A DNA stretch of 64,000 bases from assembly GCA_965263355.1 (NCBI GenBank), contig CBDHHL010000032.1:2624001-2688000 (forward strand), in the 5' to 3' direction. The notes beneath the pieces are model-generated. The model was not told the origin of the DNA. It saw nothing but the letters and a program-made list of their open reading frames with translations, and did not search any database. Within the stretch, counting starts at the first letter, position 1. Each line of letters starts with the position of its first letter. Below are positions 10,171-21,690 of this stretch, piece after piece. The stretch comes from Leptolyngbyaceae cyanobacterium. GTDB lineage: Bacteria; Cyanobacteriota; Cyanobacteriia; Phormidesmidales; Phormidesmidaceae. Both the position numbers and the translations under genes were made by a program.

Positions 10171-12531
10171 CTATGACTCAACTCTAGTTAACGTCACCAC
10201 TCTCGGATCAATAATTTTCTTACCCATGCCAGGAAACTTGATCGCCAGACAAATCTTATTGCCTGCACCAAAAATGTGGGTGATGGTGCCTTCTCCAAAA
10301 GCCCCATGCAAAACCTTTTCACCAACACTCCAATCATCCTCATGGCTGCCGGGTTTCTGTACCTGAGGTTCAGGATTCTTGAGTTTGGCCGCCCGCTTAG
10401 GCGTTATCTCTAACCGAGGTAACGCCGTAGCCGTATTCGCCAGAATATAATCTTCTGGCAGTTCGCCCAAAAACATGGAGGGTGTCGCAATCTCGCGCAT
10501 ATTGCCGTACAAACGCCGCTCCCTGGCATAGGTCAAAAACAATCGCTCCTGCGCACGGGTAATACCCACGTAGCACAGACGACGTTCTTCCTCAATGGCA
10601 GCAGCGTCATCTAGAGAACGGAAGCTGGGAAATAGCCCCTGCTCCATACCCACCACAAACACCACCGGAAATTCTAGCCCTTTCGACGAGTGTAACGTCA
10701 TCAAGGAAACCGCATTGCTTTGTTTATCATCATCCATGTCAGAACTCAACGCCGCACTGGCCAAAAATGTTAGCAGCGTAGCCTCTTCATTTTCTTCTTC
10801 AAATTGAATAACGGCGTTATACAGCTCCTGTACGTTTTGGATTCGGTCGAGATCTTCGTCGGTACCTTTGTCCTTAAGGGCGCGAATATAGCCAGAATCT
10901 TCGATCACCTCTTGCACAATTTCCGACGCAGGCATAGTTTCTACCTTTTGTTGCCAGCCCTGGATCATGGTGGCAAATCGGATGACTGATTTACTAGCGC
11001 GACCGGCTAAAGTCTTTACTGAGGTCTCATCTGACAGAATTTCCCATAGGGGCATGCCTAACTCACCAGACGCCTTTTCTAGATTCTCCATGGTGGTTTT
11101 ACCAATGCCGCGTCGGGGCGTATTAATCGCCCGCTTCAGACTAACGGTATCGGCTGGGTTAGCGATTAACCGCAGGTAGGCTAACACATCCTTAATCTCT
11201 CGTCGGTCATAGAACTTCAGTCCACCCACTACTTTGTGGGGCACGCTATACCGGGTAAGCACCTCCTCAAACGAGCGAGACTGAGCGTTGGTGCGGTACA
11301 GAATAGCAAAGTCTCCCCACTTTAGCTCAGGGCTCTTGTCTATTGAAATACGAATTTGACTAACCACATAGTCTGCTTCAGCTCGTTCATCGTCGGCTTT
11401 ATAACAGAAAATAGATTCCCCTGTCCCCCTGGTGGCGCGAAGGATTTTGTCGATACGTTCGGTATTATTTTCAATCAGATGGTTAGCGACTTCAAGAATA
11501 TTTGCGGTAGAGCGATAGTTCTCTTCTAGCTTGACCATGGTGCGGGTGTCGTCGTCCGGTAGCCCGTCACCAAAGTCACTCTGGAAGTTCATCAAAATGG
11601 TGAAATCAGCCGCACGAAAAGAGTAAATGGACTGGTCGGCATCGCCTACCACAAAGACCGAACGCTGATTCCAGTCATCAAAGATTTTAGTGGTGGGAGC
11701 ATTGTTGGTCGCTAACAGCCGCAATAGGTCATACTGGGTGCGGTTGGTGTCCTGGTATTCGTCCACTAAGATATGTCGAAACCGGCGATGCCAGTAGCCT
11801 AGCACCTGTTCATTTTGTTGGAAGAGTAAGACCGGAATACGAATCAGGTCGTCAAAGTCGAGGGCATTGTTAGACGCTAATCCTTTTTGGTAATGCCGAT
11901 AGACATCGGCGATTGCTCGACCTTTGAAATTAGGGTTCTCTTTTTCGTATTCATCGGGGTCCAGGCCCTGGTTTTTGGCATTGCTGATGGCATAGCGCAC
12001 CGAACGGGGGTTAAATTTGCGGTCGTCCAGGTTGAGGGTGTTAACGACAATAGTTTTGACCAGGCTCTGGGCATCGGACTCGTCAAAAATGGTAAATGTT
12101 TTGGTCCAACGGTGACCGGCACGACTCTGGTATTTTTCGATATCAAAACGCAAAATGCGGGAGCAAAGGGCATGGAACGTACCGATCCACAGGTCTTTGA
12201 TAAAGTTTTTGTAGACGTAGGAGCGCAGCTGGGTTTGCTCGTACTCAGGCAACAGGTGTAATGGCTGTCCATGACGTCCCAGGGCTTCCTGCTCGGCAAA
12301 CAGCTTTTCAATCCGTTCCTTCATTTCCTTGGCGGCCTTATTGGTAAAGGTCACTGCCAGTAGGTTTTCTGGATCAACTCGATGGTTGAGGATCAGGTTA
12401 GCAATGCGGTAGGTGAGGGCACGGGTTTTGCCAGAACCGGCCCCGGCGACCACCAGCAGCGGTCCACAGAAATGTTCGACGGCCTGACGTTGAGCGGCGT
12501 TGAGCTGACTGAGGAAATCGGAGGTGGTCAT
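10171..12531 (-). CDS. pcrA: ATP-dependent DNA helicase PcrA/UvrD
   Basis: AGAGSGKT, VTFTNKAA, VDEYQDTN, GDADQSIYSFR, ENYRS, MTLHSSKGLEF, EERRLCYVGITRA; C-terminal Tudor-like domain. Confidence 0.97.
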   Translation of the reverse strand: MTTSDFLSQLNAAQRQAVEHFCGPLLVVAGAGSGKTRALTYRIANLILNHRVDPENLLAVTFTNKAAKEMKERIEKLFAEQEALGRHGQPLHLLPEYEQTQLRSYVYKNFIKDLWIGTFHALCSRILRFDIEKYQSRAGHRWTKTFTIFDESDAQSLVKTIVVNTLNLDDRKFNPRSVRYAISNAKNQGLDPDEYEKENPNFKGRAIADVYRHYQKGLASNNALDFDDLIRIPVLLFQQNEQVLGYWHRRFRHILVDEYQDTNRTQYDLLRLLATNNAPTTKIFDDWNQRSVFVVGDADQSIYSFRAADFTILMNFQSDFGDGLPDDDTRTMVKLEENYRSTANILEVANHLIENNTERIDKILRATRGTGESIFCYKADDERAEADYVVSQIRISIDKSPELKWGDFAILYRTNAQSRSFEEVLTRYSVPHKVVGGLKFYDRREIKDVLAYLRLIANPADTVSLKRAINTPRRGIGKTTMENLEKASGELGMPLWEILSDETSVKTLAGRASKSVIRFATMIQGWQQKVETMPASEIVQEVIEDSGYIRALKDKGTDEDLDRIQNVQELYNAVIQFEEENEEATLLTFLASAALSSDMDDDKQSNAVSLMTLHSSKGLEFPVVFVVGMEQGLFPSFRSLDDAAAIEEERRLCYVGITRAQERLFLTYARERRLYGNMREIATPSMFLGELPEDYILANTATALPRLEITPKRAAKLKNPEPQVQKPGSHEDDWSVGEKVLHGAFGEGTITHIFGAGNKICLAIKFPGMGKKIIDPRVVTLTRVES

Positions 12532-12650
12532 TAGGTCAGTGGGTTGGGGGAACGGGGTAAAGGATTGAATTGGCCTACTTATGAGGCATTGAAATGATTG
12601 CTTAATCAGTATCCTAATGTAGCGGATATATCGTGGATGGGAGTGGATGT

Positions 12651-13472
12651 ATGGCCATAAAGGCGACGATTGTGGGCTGTGGATATGTGGGTAAAGAGGT
12701 GGCCCGACGTTGGCAGCAGCAAGGGTTGACGGTAACGGCTACGACCACCAGGCCAGAACGTGTAGAAGAATTACAAACTGTGGCGGATCGAGTACGGGTA
12801 CTCAAAGGTAGAGACTCGGGGGCGTTACAGGATTGTCTAACGGATCAGCAGGTGGTGCTGGTCTGTGTGGGATCTAAACGGGGGGCAAATTACGAGGAAA
12901 CCTATTTAGGCACGGCGAAAACTCTGGCGGAGGTATTGCCAAATACCCAGGTGCAACAGCTGATCTATACAAGTACCTATTCGGTCTATGGTCAGCACCA
13001 TGGGGCTGTGGTGACGGAGGAAACGTCGGTAATGCCTGCCACGGCAAATGGTGAGGTGATTGCTGAGACGGAGCGGACCCTATTGGGCTTGACTGGCTTC
13101 AGGGTCTGTGTGTTGCGTTTAGGCGGTATCTATGGACCAGGGCGCACACTGGAAAGAATTTATAGTCGAGCGGCGGGGCAAACGCGACCGGGTACTGGGG
13201 GTGAATGGGCAAATTGGGTCCATCGGAACGACATTGTAGAGGCAATTGAGTTTGCGCGATCGCACTCCCTAACCGGCATCTATAACCTGGTCCAGGACGA
13301 AATTCCAACGGTGAAGGAATTGATCGATGCGGTGTGCGATCGCTACACCTTGTCCCCCGTTCACTGGGACCCCTCACAACCGAGCGCCAGACTTTACAAT
13401 GCAAAGGTTTCAAACGCAAAAATCAAAGCCGCAGGCTATCGGTTTGTCCATCCCCATTTTTTTGAAAACTAA
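12651..13472 (+). CDS. Extended SDR / NAD-dependent epimerase-dehydratase
   Basis: GCGYVG Rossmann motif, STYSVYG, LRLGGIYGPGR. Confidence 0.85.
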   Translation: MAIKATIVGCGYVGKEVARRWQQQGLTVTATTTRPERVEELQTVADRVRVLKGRDSGALQDCLTDQQVVLVCVGSKRGANYEETYLGTAKTLAEVLPNTQVQQLIYTSTYSVYGQHHGAVVTEETSVMPATANGEVIAETERTLLGLTGFRVCVLRLGGIYGPGRTLERIYSRAAGQTRPGTGGEWANWVHRNDIVEAIEFARSHSLTGIYNLVQDEIPTVKELIDAVCDRYTLSPVHWDPSQPSARLYNAKVSNAKIKAAGYRFVHPHFFEN

Positions 13473-13584
13473 GGCTTAATCCCTCCAAATCGGCACAATT
13501 TTAGACTTTTGTCTAGCTTTCCTAAGCAAGAAAGCTGTTACAAAAAAGGGCAATTACTATTAGGTGTTGCTTTTGCTACAAGTT

Positions 13585-15579
13585 ATGGTCCCTTCACTAC
13601 CCCAAAACAATCCCAATAGAGCCGAGCGTGATGCCGCGTTAAAAAAGCAGCGTCAAGACTACCAATACGACCTCACCAAGGTAGAGCATGTGACCATGGC
13701 CGAGGCGGTACCGGCCAAGGATCAATCCTTTAGTAAATTTCAATGGACTAAGGATGCCATTTCCCTGATTCTGAGGATAAATACCAATCAGCGATTGCAA
13801 GAGATCAACGAACGAGGGATTCAGCTTTTTTCAGCCATCCGTTTTCTAAGTTCAATCTGGCTTTATAACCTCCTCAATGATCCCAGTAAGGCTAATTTTT
13901 TAAAGCGTCTGCTGACAAAGTTACAGTTCTTTATTCAACGGCGTTTCCAACCGGATACTGGCGACTCGACCAACAAACTTGAAACTGTCCTTGAACAAGA
14001 TACTAAGTTTATCGCCAGTAGTCTCACTGAACTGGCCAAGTTGGTCAGTGAAAACCATCCCCATGCTGCCGATAACGTAGCGTCTCGTGTGGATCCCCTG
14101 GGGGATAGCATGCTGGACTATCGCGATTACTTTAAGCCCTACGACGACCTATTTCAGATTATTTATCTACCTTGTGTTCGGCATGACTTTTACGAAGACC
14201 GCACCTTTGCAGCGCATCGGGTGGCGGGGCCTAACCCCCTGGTGATCAAACAAGTTTTTGAACTGCCCAATAACTTTCCAGTCACCGATGCCCAGTATAA
14301 AGCCGTTATGGGAGACCAGGATTCACTCTCAGAGGCGGGACAGGCAGGTCGACTATATTTAGCGGACTATAAGATTCTAGAAGATGTTGAAACGAGTAAT
14401 TTTCCAGATGCTCAAAAATATCTCTGCGCGCCCCTAGCGCTATTTGCTGTTCCCGCTGGTACGTCTGAGTCTCGTTCTCTAGTGCCCGTTGCCATTCAGT
14501 GTGAACAGCAACCCGGCCCCAACACACCAATTTTTACGCCACCACCGTCGGGGACACCCCAGTCCCAAAAATGGTCCTGGCTAATGGCTAAAACCATTGT
14601 GCAAATTGCCGATGGTAACTATCATGAGCTGATTTCCCATCTAGGACGTACCCACTTGCTGGTGGAAGCCTTTGTACTGGCCACCTATCAGCAGCTGCCG
14701 CCACAGCATCCCCTGTATGTACTGTTGACACCCCATTTTGAAGGCACATTGTTCATTAATCAGCTGGCCCTTCAAGGTTTGGTTAATGAAGGGGGAACCG
14801 TGGACAAGGTGCTAAGCGGTACCCTAGATGCGTCGCTTAAGCTATCGGCTCGGGGGGTGCAGGGGTATCCCTTTAGCTTTAATGATTCTATGGTGCCCCA
14901 AACCTTTGCTAGCCGACGGGTGGATGATCGGGGCCAACTGCCTGATTATCCTTACCGTGATGATGCGTTACTGATTTGGGATGCGATTCACCAATGGGTG
15001 TCTGCTTACTTAGGTCTTTACTATCTAAGTGACGACGATGTTTCTGGTGATACGGAACTCCAAAACTGGTTGGCTGATTTGTTAGACCCAGCAAAAGGCC
15101 AACTCCATGGCATTGGTGAATCGTCGCCGGAACATTCCAAGCCGGGTATTCACACCCTTGACTATCTGACGGATGCGATAACGTTGTTAATTTTCACGTG
15201 CAGTGCCCAGCATGCGGCTGTTAACTTTCCACAATCACGGTTGATGACCTACGGTCCTAATATGCCTCTGGCCGGTTACAGGCCAGCGCCCAGCGCCGCT
15301 ACGGGAGCTACCGTTAAAGACTATTTTGATCTGTTGCCATCCCTGGAACAGACGGAAACTCAATTGAATATGACCTATCCCCTGGGGTCTGTTTACTACA
15401 CTCGCCTTGGTTATTACGGTAATACCTATTTTGAAGATCCAAGGGTAAAAGAGCCCCTGGATGCGTTTCAAGCACGGTTGAAAGAAATCGAGATTTTAAT
15501 TGATGACAGAAATGCACACCGGCCCACGCCCTATGAATATTTGCATCCGGCCAATATTCCTCAAAGTATCAACATTTAG
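13585..15579 (+). CDS. Lipoxygenase
   Basis: AGPNP, WLMAK, HELISHLGRTH, DYPYRDD, QHAAVNF and C-terminal SINI iron ligands. Confidence 0.95.
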   Translation: MVPSLPQNNPNRAERDAALKKQRQDYQYDLTKVEHVTMAEAVPAKDQSFSKFQWTKDAISLILRINTNQRLQEINERGIQLFSAIRFLSSIWLYNLLNDPSKANFLKRLLTKLQFFIQRRFQPDTGDSTNKLETVLEQDTKFIASSLTELAKLVSENHPHAADNVASRVDPLGDSMLDYRDYFKPYDDLFQIIYLPCVRHDFYEDRTFAAHRVAGPNPLVIKQVFELPNNFPVTDAQYKAVMGDQDSLSEAGQAGRLYLADYKILEDVETSNFPDAQKYLCAPLALFAVPAGTSESRSLVPVAIQCEQQPGPNTPIFTPPPSGTPQSQKWSWLMAKTIVQIADGNYHELISHLGRTHLLVEAFVLATYQQLPPQHPLYVLLTPHFEGTLFINQLALQGLVNEGGTVDKVLSGTLDASLKLSARGVQGYPFSFNDSMVPQTFASRRVDDRGQLPDYPYRDDALLIWDAIHQWVSAYLGLYYLSDDDVSGDTELQNWLADLLDPAKGQLHGIGESSPEHSKPGIHTLDYLTDAITLLIFTCSAQHAAVNFPQSRLMTYGPNMPLAGYRPAPSAATGATVKDYFDLLPSLEQTETQLNMTYPLGSVYYTRLGYYGNTYFEDPRVKEPLDAFQARLKEIEILIDDRNAHRPTPYEYLHPANIPQSINI

Positions 15580-15596
15580 AGAGGGGTAAAACAATG

Positions 15597-17969
15597 CTAG
15601 TCAGGGGAACCGATTAGCGTAAATGCGGCCCAAGCACTGGGCTCAGGGTGGGTTGCTTGTGTGTCTAGCATGGCTAACCTGAGGGCTTGGGCTTTATCGT
15701 TACCGACATCAAGATATTTATAAAAATGCACCATTAAGGTAGCCGTGGAGTCATCGGGTACGGACCAAAGCGAGACGACTACGCTGGGGGTGCCAGCTGC
15801 CATCAATGAACGGGCCAGACCAATGACACCGTCGCCGCTGACTTGCCCAAGGCCAGTGTCACAGGCACTGAGGACAACTAAATCGGCAGTGAGTTGAAAT
15901 TCTGAGAGTTCTGCAGCGGTCAGTAAACCATCGTGATCATGGTCTGGGGCCAGGGCAATGGCTCCCGGAATATCGCTGATGCCTGAGTCTTGAGGATTGC
16001 CGTATTCGAGCAGGCCATGGGTAGCCATATGAATTAGTTGGGCGGATTCAATGCGTTGGCGGACGGTGTTTTCAGTGGCATCGGCACCGAGCAGCGGTTG
16101 GGTTTTAAATTGGGTTGCGATCGCACCCGCTTCCCACTGCGCCTCTGGCAAATCTGACAGCGTAATCTTTTTACCGGCCTTGGCATTCCACACCTCAGGC
16201 ATGGCCGGATTACCCACCACTAACGCGGCATTCCCCCTTACTCCGGATAGGGTTATGGGCTCCCTAGACTGACGCATTTGATGGCTTAGATCTAAGACCT
16301 GAATCGACGGTGCGGTCAGAATTGTGTGATTGGCAATTAGATAATTGTCGTCAGCATCCATCAAGGCTGGAAACGGCACCAAAAACAGTTCACCCTGGGG
16401 AATAAAAATAACCTTTTCGTTTGGATCGGTGGGCAATCGGTCCTGAATGGGGTCAATTAATAGGTGATAAAGTTGTTTGAGTGCATAATCTGTCTGGGCA
16501 GTCTGTGTAGAAACAACATCAATGCTGGCTCGATGTCTGACACCGATGTGGGTACGCGATTGTTGAATCAACGTTTCTAGAGCAATCTCTTTTCCTTCGA
16601 GGGGTTGTCGATAAAAGTTAAAATCTCCGTTAGGTGTAACGACCCAAATGTATAGTTCGCCTGCTTCACCGCGTTCTTTTCCTTGATGAATGACAGTATC
16701 CTTAGGAATAATTGAATATTCTACTAAAGTGGCATTTTGGGTTTTAGCAATGTGCTGAATCTGTTGCAGGTTTAAGGGGACGGAGGTCGCGTCCATCTGT
16801 TGCGAGAGTAATGTTGAAAAGGCTCTGGAACGTCCCTGTTCAGACATTTCAAGGGCCGCTATTGGCCTGTTTTTGGCAATTAAAACCTGCTGTAGCAAAT
16901 TGTAGGTATTTACTTGAGTATCAAACAGCGAGATCAGATTGGCATCTGTAGTTAAATCATTACGGGCCTCTTCTAAAATAGTGATAGCCTGCTGCAGGTT
17001 GTGTTCGGCGTCTGCCAATTTTTGTGAATTATGGCTTCGATTAGCTGCAGCTTGTTCCCAAGTAAGTAAGGTGTGGGCTCGATTGTTTAGGGCCTTTGCA
17101 GCTGAGTGTTTGGCTTGAATCTCTTTAAATAGGGATAATCCTTGATCGTAGTACGCTAAGGCGGCTTCATAGTTTTGCATGCCTGCGTTGACAAATCCAA
17201 TACTAGATAGGGCTTCGGCTTCTAGCCAACGATTTCCCTCTACGCGGGATAACTCCAGGCTTTGTTGGTAGTAGTTAATCGCCTTCTGATGATTCTGTTG
17301 CCAGGTATGATAAATCGCAGCGAGGTTGACTAATGCATAGGCAGTGTTTACCGTATCGCCCAGGCTTTCTAGAATGTTAATTGAGTTTTCATACTGACTA
17401 ATGGCGTTTGTATATTGCCCTTGATCTAGATAAATGGAACCCAGATTGATCAGTGCGATCGCTTCTCGTCGTTGATCGTTTAACTCCTGGGCAATTTGTA
17501 GACTCTGGAGTTGATAGTCTTCCGCTAGTTCAAATTGGCCTATTAAGGCATAGGCATTACCCAGATTTCCTAATACTCGACGCTCCGCTTGACGATCCTT
17601 AAGTGCCTGTTGAATGGTTAAGGCCTGCTCATAGTAGGCAATGGCTGTGGCATATTGCCCCAGGGCTCTGTGGGCTGTACCTAAGTCATTGAGAACATTC
17701 CCTTCTGCCTGAGTATTGTTTTGCTCACGATATAGTTGCAACGCTCTTTTCCAGGTCTGACGGGCTAACTCAAACTGACCAGCTTTATAGTGATTTATCC
17801 CCTCTTGCTCCAATTGGTTTGCTAACTGTTTTGACTCTGCTTTGAGCTGAGTCATGCTTGATATAGGCCGAGACAATTGGCCCTCAGCAAGATTCCCAAA
17901 AGAACTCACTGCTAATTGGGCAAATGTTAAATGTCCTATTCCTACGACTAACGTAGAGAAAAATCTCAT
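15597..17969 (-). CDS. TPR-repeat + CHAT (caspase-like) domain protein
   Basis: TPR repeats (LGNLGNAY, LINLGSIY); CHAT dyad IHMATHG and VVLSACDTG; VVSLWSV. Confidence 0.93.
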   Translation of the reverse strand: MRFFSTLVVGIGHLTFAQLAVSSFGNLAEGQLSRPISSMTQLKAESKQLANQLEQEGINHYKAGQFELARQTWKRALQLYREQNNTQAEGNVLNDLGTAHRALGQYATAIAYYEQALTIQQALKDRQAERRVLGNLGNAYALIGQFELAEDYQLQSLQIAQELNDQRREAIALINLGSIYLDQGQYTNAISQYENSINILESLGDTVNTAYALVNLAAIYHTWQQNHQKAINYYQQSLELSRVEGNRWLEAEALSSIGFVNAGMQNYEAALAYYDQGLSLFKEIQAKHSAAKALNNRAHTLLTWEQAAANRSHNSQKLADAEHNLQQAITILEEARNDLTTDANLISLFDTQVNTYNLLQQVLIAKNRPIAALEMSEQGRSRAFSTLLSQQMDATSVPLNLQQIQHIAKTQNATLVEYSIIPKDTVIHQGKERGEAGELYIWVVTPNGDFNFYRQPLEGKEIALETLIQQSRTHIGVRHRASIDVVSTQTAQTDYALKQLYHLLIDPIQDRLPTDPNEKVIFIPQGELFLVPFPALMDADDNYLIANHTILTAPSIQVLDLSHQMRQSREPITLSGVRGNAALVVGNPAMPEVWNAKAGKKITLSDLPEAQWEAGAIATQFKTQPLLGADATENTVRQRIESAQLIHMATHGLLEYGNPQDSGISDIPGAIALAPDHDHDGLLTAAELSEFQLTADLVVLSACDTGLGQVSGDGVIGLARSLMAAGTPSVVVSLWSVPDDSTATLMVHFYKYLDVGNDKAQALRLAMLDTQATHPEPSAWAAFTLIGSPD

Positions 17970-20686
17970 TGTTCAGAAACTATAGGATCAATTTGACATT
18001 CCTCTGGTGCAAAAGCAGTCACGTCTAGCAAATCAGTGGAGAAATATATCTGGCATGTATTAGTGTTCTTGTAATCAAAATTGGCCGTTCTCGTATCAGA
18101 TACATTATCTGAAGACTCGTTGTCTGAGTTTGATAATTCTAACTTGCTTTCAGACTCAGTTTCAGAGTCCACAGACGGTTCTTCAGGTGGTTCCACGGGC
18201 GGTTGTTCTTCGGATGGTTCCACAGGCGGTTCCACAGGTGGCTCTACAGGCGGTTCCACAGGTGGTTACAGGCCTACAGGTGGTTCTACAGGCGGTTCCA
18301 CAGGTGGTTCTACAGGTGGTTCTACAGGCGGTTCCACAGGTGGTTCCACAGGTGGCTCTACAGGTGGTTCCACAGGTTCCACAGGTGGCTCTCTACAGGT
18401 TGGTTCCACAGGTGGCTCTACAGGTGGTTCCACAGGTGGCTCTACAGGTGGCTCTACAGGTGGTTCCACAGGCGGTTCCACAGGTGGTTCCACAGGCGGT
18501 TCTTGAAAGCTAATGGAAATCTTATTATCAAAATTTCCATCAGAGCTTACTGTTTCATCGATGTATATAGCTTGGATTGTAGCATTGGAATTCTTGGAGA
18601 TAATAGCACCTACACTACCACTCTCATTCTCTTGAAAACCATTGAAATCAGGATCAGCCTCAAAAAGGATAAATTGATCATCAATAACATTTCCAGGAGA
18701 AACCGAATCACCACCTTTATCTAGAATAACAACTCCAACAACAAATTCATCTGCCTCGCCAAAAGTAATATCAATGGTGCCACTCTGAAGTTCTGTATCT
18801 GCATTTGAATCAGGATTAGCAAGAGAGAAAATACTTAAAGGTCCCTCAACATTGTCAAATACTTGACGGGCACGCGTAGCTCTAAATAAACCACTTGCAT
18901 TGATAGTAATGTCGCCACCTTGAAATTCGCCACTAGATTCAATATAACCAACAATAACATTGCCATTTGTAGCAGTAATTATTGCATTACCACCATCAGT
19001 GTCGAGATCACCTGTAACAATGCTAGCCCCTGAAATAGTGATATTTCTTTCTTGAGTCTTAATAATAAAGTCATCAGGAGCTTCTAATGTATCTTTGGTT
19101 GTTGATGGTCCAACCAAAAATGAACCTTGCCCATTCTCATCGCTATCTGCAGTGATCTGGATTTCACCACCAGGTTGAAAGGTTAACGATACTCCATCAT
19201 CAATAACAATGTTATTCGTGGCTTCAAGAATTATGTTGCCGGTCTGGTCTTGTAGTTGCGTAGCATTAATCGTGATATTCTCGCCTTCAAAATCATCTTG
19301 AAAAATGTCGGGTAATTCACCCTCCACACCAGGTGAACTGTTGCCGTTAGAAATCAGAATATTTTGGGGGTCGAGTAGAAGTATACCAACATTACCGTTG
19401 GTTGCATTAATAGTTACACTACCGTTAAACTCTAAATATGTTTGACCAGACACCTCAACAAAGCCACCATCCCCTGATATTAGTCCCCCTTGAGCACTAA
19501 TATCACCGTAAAAGACAGTTGCTTCGTCAGACCAAAGGATAACATTGCCCCCCGATCCGGTGGTAAGAGCATCGGCATTAATACCTGTACCTGCATCGAC
19601 ATAAATTTTGGTAGCATTGGGAACAGTATCTAGTCCCTTGTATTCACCACCAATACGAATATTACCTCCACCCAGATCACCAGAGGCAACAATCTCCACA
19701 TCAACAAGAGCGACTTGATCACCCAACAGCGTGATATCACCACCGACATCACTACCCGTTACTCCAGCCACATCCACTGTTCCGCTTACCATCGTTAGCT
19801 CAGGCAATATTGGAACAACGATATTTGTATTGATCAGACTAATATTGCCATCCCCATTGACCACTAATGACGGTTCACCAATCGTGGTGGCTGCTCCCGT
19901 TAATAACGTCGGTAAATCAACCGGAGAAAAATCAGCCGGGATTAAATCGTCGGTTGTTGTTGGTAGCGTTTCTAACGTCAGGCTTAAAAGGCTGTTTTCT
20001 TGACTAAGGGTGACCTGACTTTCACCTGGAACCGCTGCCACTGTAATCTCTCCGCCAGGAGACATCAGGGTGCCAGTATTAATAACACTGCCTCCCAACA
20101 ACGTAATCTGTTCACCGCCATTAACAACCAGATCCCCCTGGTTAACAAGGGTGCCTGCCGTTTCACCAGCAAAAATAAAACTGTTGGGACTACCCACCAG
20201 CTGTGCATAGTCATTGCTATCTAGGGCATTAAACCAATTATTGCTAAACCCCAGACCAGTGGCAGTTGTTGCTGTGAATGAACCACCTAAATTGAGAGAG
20301 GCATTTTGGCCAAAGACAATACCTGCCGGATTGATTAAATACAAATTAGCATCGCTACCAGACACCTGTAGCAGGCCATCAATATACGACGCTCCACCCA
20401 CTACGCTGCTCAAAACATTGCTGACCGTTGGGGCTGTGACAAAGTTGGCACGTTGCCCGGTAGCTAACCCAAATTGATCAAAACTATGAAACAGGTTAGC
20501 GTCATCCCCTGATAACGTGCCGCCAGTGATATCAAACTGATTTCCAGATTGGTTAACGGCAGTGCCTGTTCCTGTAGTACCTATATCTGGCTGTATGGCT
20601 TGGGCCAGGGTTGGCTGCGATAAACCGACTATTAAGCCAAAACTCAGACCTGGCAACGATACCCATCGACAACGGGATACTATCAT
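17966..20686 (-). CDS. Filamentous-haemagglutinin N-terminal (TPS-domain) exoprotein with PPVE-repeat linker, interrupted by one in-frame TAA
   Basis: NLFHSFDQF, ANLYLINPAGIVFG, GGFVEVSG, LLLDPQNI. ORFs 18266-20701 and 17966-18259 are in the same frame; the final TGA overlaps the CHAT ATG (ATGA). Confidence 0.8.
18180..18505 (-). repeat. 12-bp coding tandem repeat (PPVE)n
   Basis: Plus-strand unit (T/C)TC(C/T)ACAGG(T/C)GG repeated ~25 times with a few indel irregularities. Confidence 0.95.
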
Positions 20687-20942
20687 GACCCACTCACCCA
20701 AACGCTAACCAACTGCATGCTTCCAAGTCGCTGATTAACCAGAACTGGCACTGGCGTCAAAACCCCGTTCACGCAAATAGCCACAAACCTACTGGGCTAT
20801 CAACTAATACAAGGATGCTGGGAATCGGTAATCAAAAGACAGGGAATGTCCGTAATTCTACCTAACCAATAAATTGCTTACAAGAAATAAAGCAGTAAAT
20901 GGCTACAGACCTTAATATTTATTTGGAATTTAGTGAAGATAG

Positions 20943-21494
20943 CTACTGGATTTCAGCACTGATTACTGATTGCTCATTGGGACCCAATGTAATTGCCAGG
21001 GGGCGCTGATTACCATGGGCTTTGACCACCTGGCGGTAGACCTCATAGCGGGTGGGCAGGGTAACGATGCGACCGGCTTGATCAAATGTGAACGTATAGT
21101 CGACGGATTTAATGAGTTCGGGGACTTCGGATTGTTCGTTTTTGTCCAGGCGGGATTCGATATCGTCTACGGTGGGTCTGGGGGGTAGTTCAGGCCACCA
21201 GAGACCTTCGTCGTCTGGACCTGTGACCGCCAATCCAGGCTGAACACCGTTTTGGTTTTCTAAGGAGATGGATTCAAACCGTTCTAACCGGGTATCATTG
21301 GGCCGATCACGACCATCGTCCCGGTTGTAGCGCACTTGCCAGGTGTAGGTGACGGTAGCAGTAGCACTGTAGTCGGTGGTGTAGGCGTTGGTGGAGACGG
21401 CTTCACAGGCTGAGATCGCAACCAGGCCCCCCAACAGTAAAGGGCTTAGAGATTGTCCGACTAATTGTCTGACTGACTGTTTGGTTAACACCAT
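20943..21494 (-). CDS. Hypothetical lipoprotein
   Basis: Hydrophobic N-terminus ending in lipobox-like VAISAC; 183-aa ORF with coding-like composition. Confidence 0.7.
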   Translation of the reverse strand: MVLTKQSVRQLVGQSLSPLLLGGLVAISACEAVSTNAYTTDYSATATVTYTWQVRYNRDDGRDRPNDTRLERFESISLENQNGVQPGLAVTGPDDEGLWWPELPPRPTVDDIESRLDKNEQSEVPELIKSVDYTFTFDQAGRIVTLPTRYEVYRQVVKAHGNQRPLAITLGPNEQSVISAEIQ

Positions 21495-21690
21495 CTATGA
21501 TTTGCCCTGAGCTAAGTGTAAGCACCTATCGTATCAATTGAAGTAACTACCAATTTTCCGCAATCCACAGGATTGCCTATCACGGTAATTGAACTTGGCT
21601 GTGTCCCCAAGGTTACGGATGCAATTCATATTTTGAACGCCCTATTATCGAAAAGTCTTAAGGAATTTTACAGAAAAAGCCCCAAATTCT

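Noticed and set aside
18081..18724. Plus-strand ORFs (GGST)n, (QVVP)n and (RWFH)n
   Set aside because: Shadow frames of the stop-free PPVE repeat
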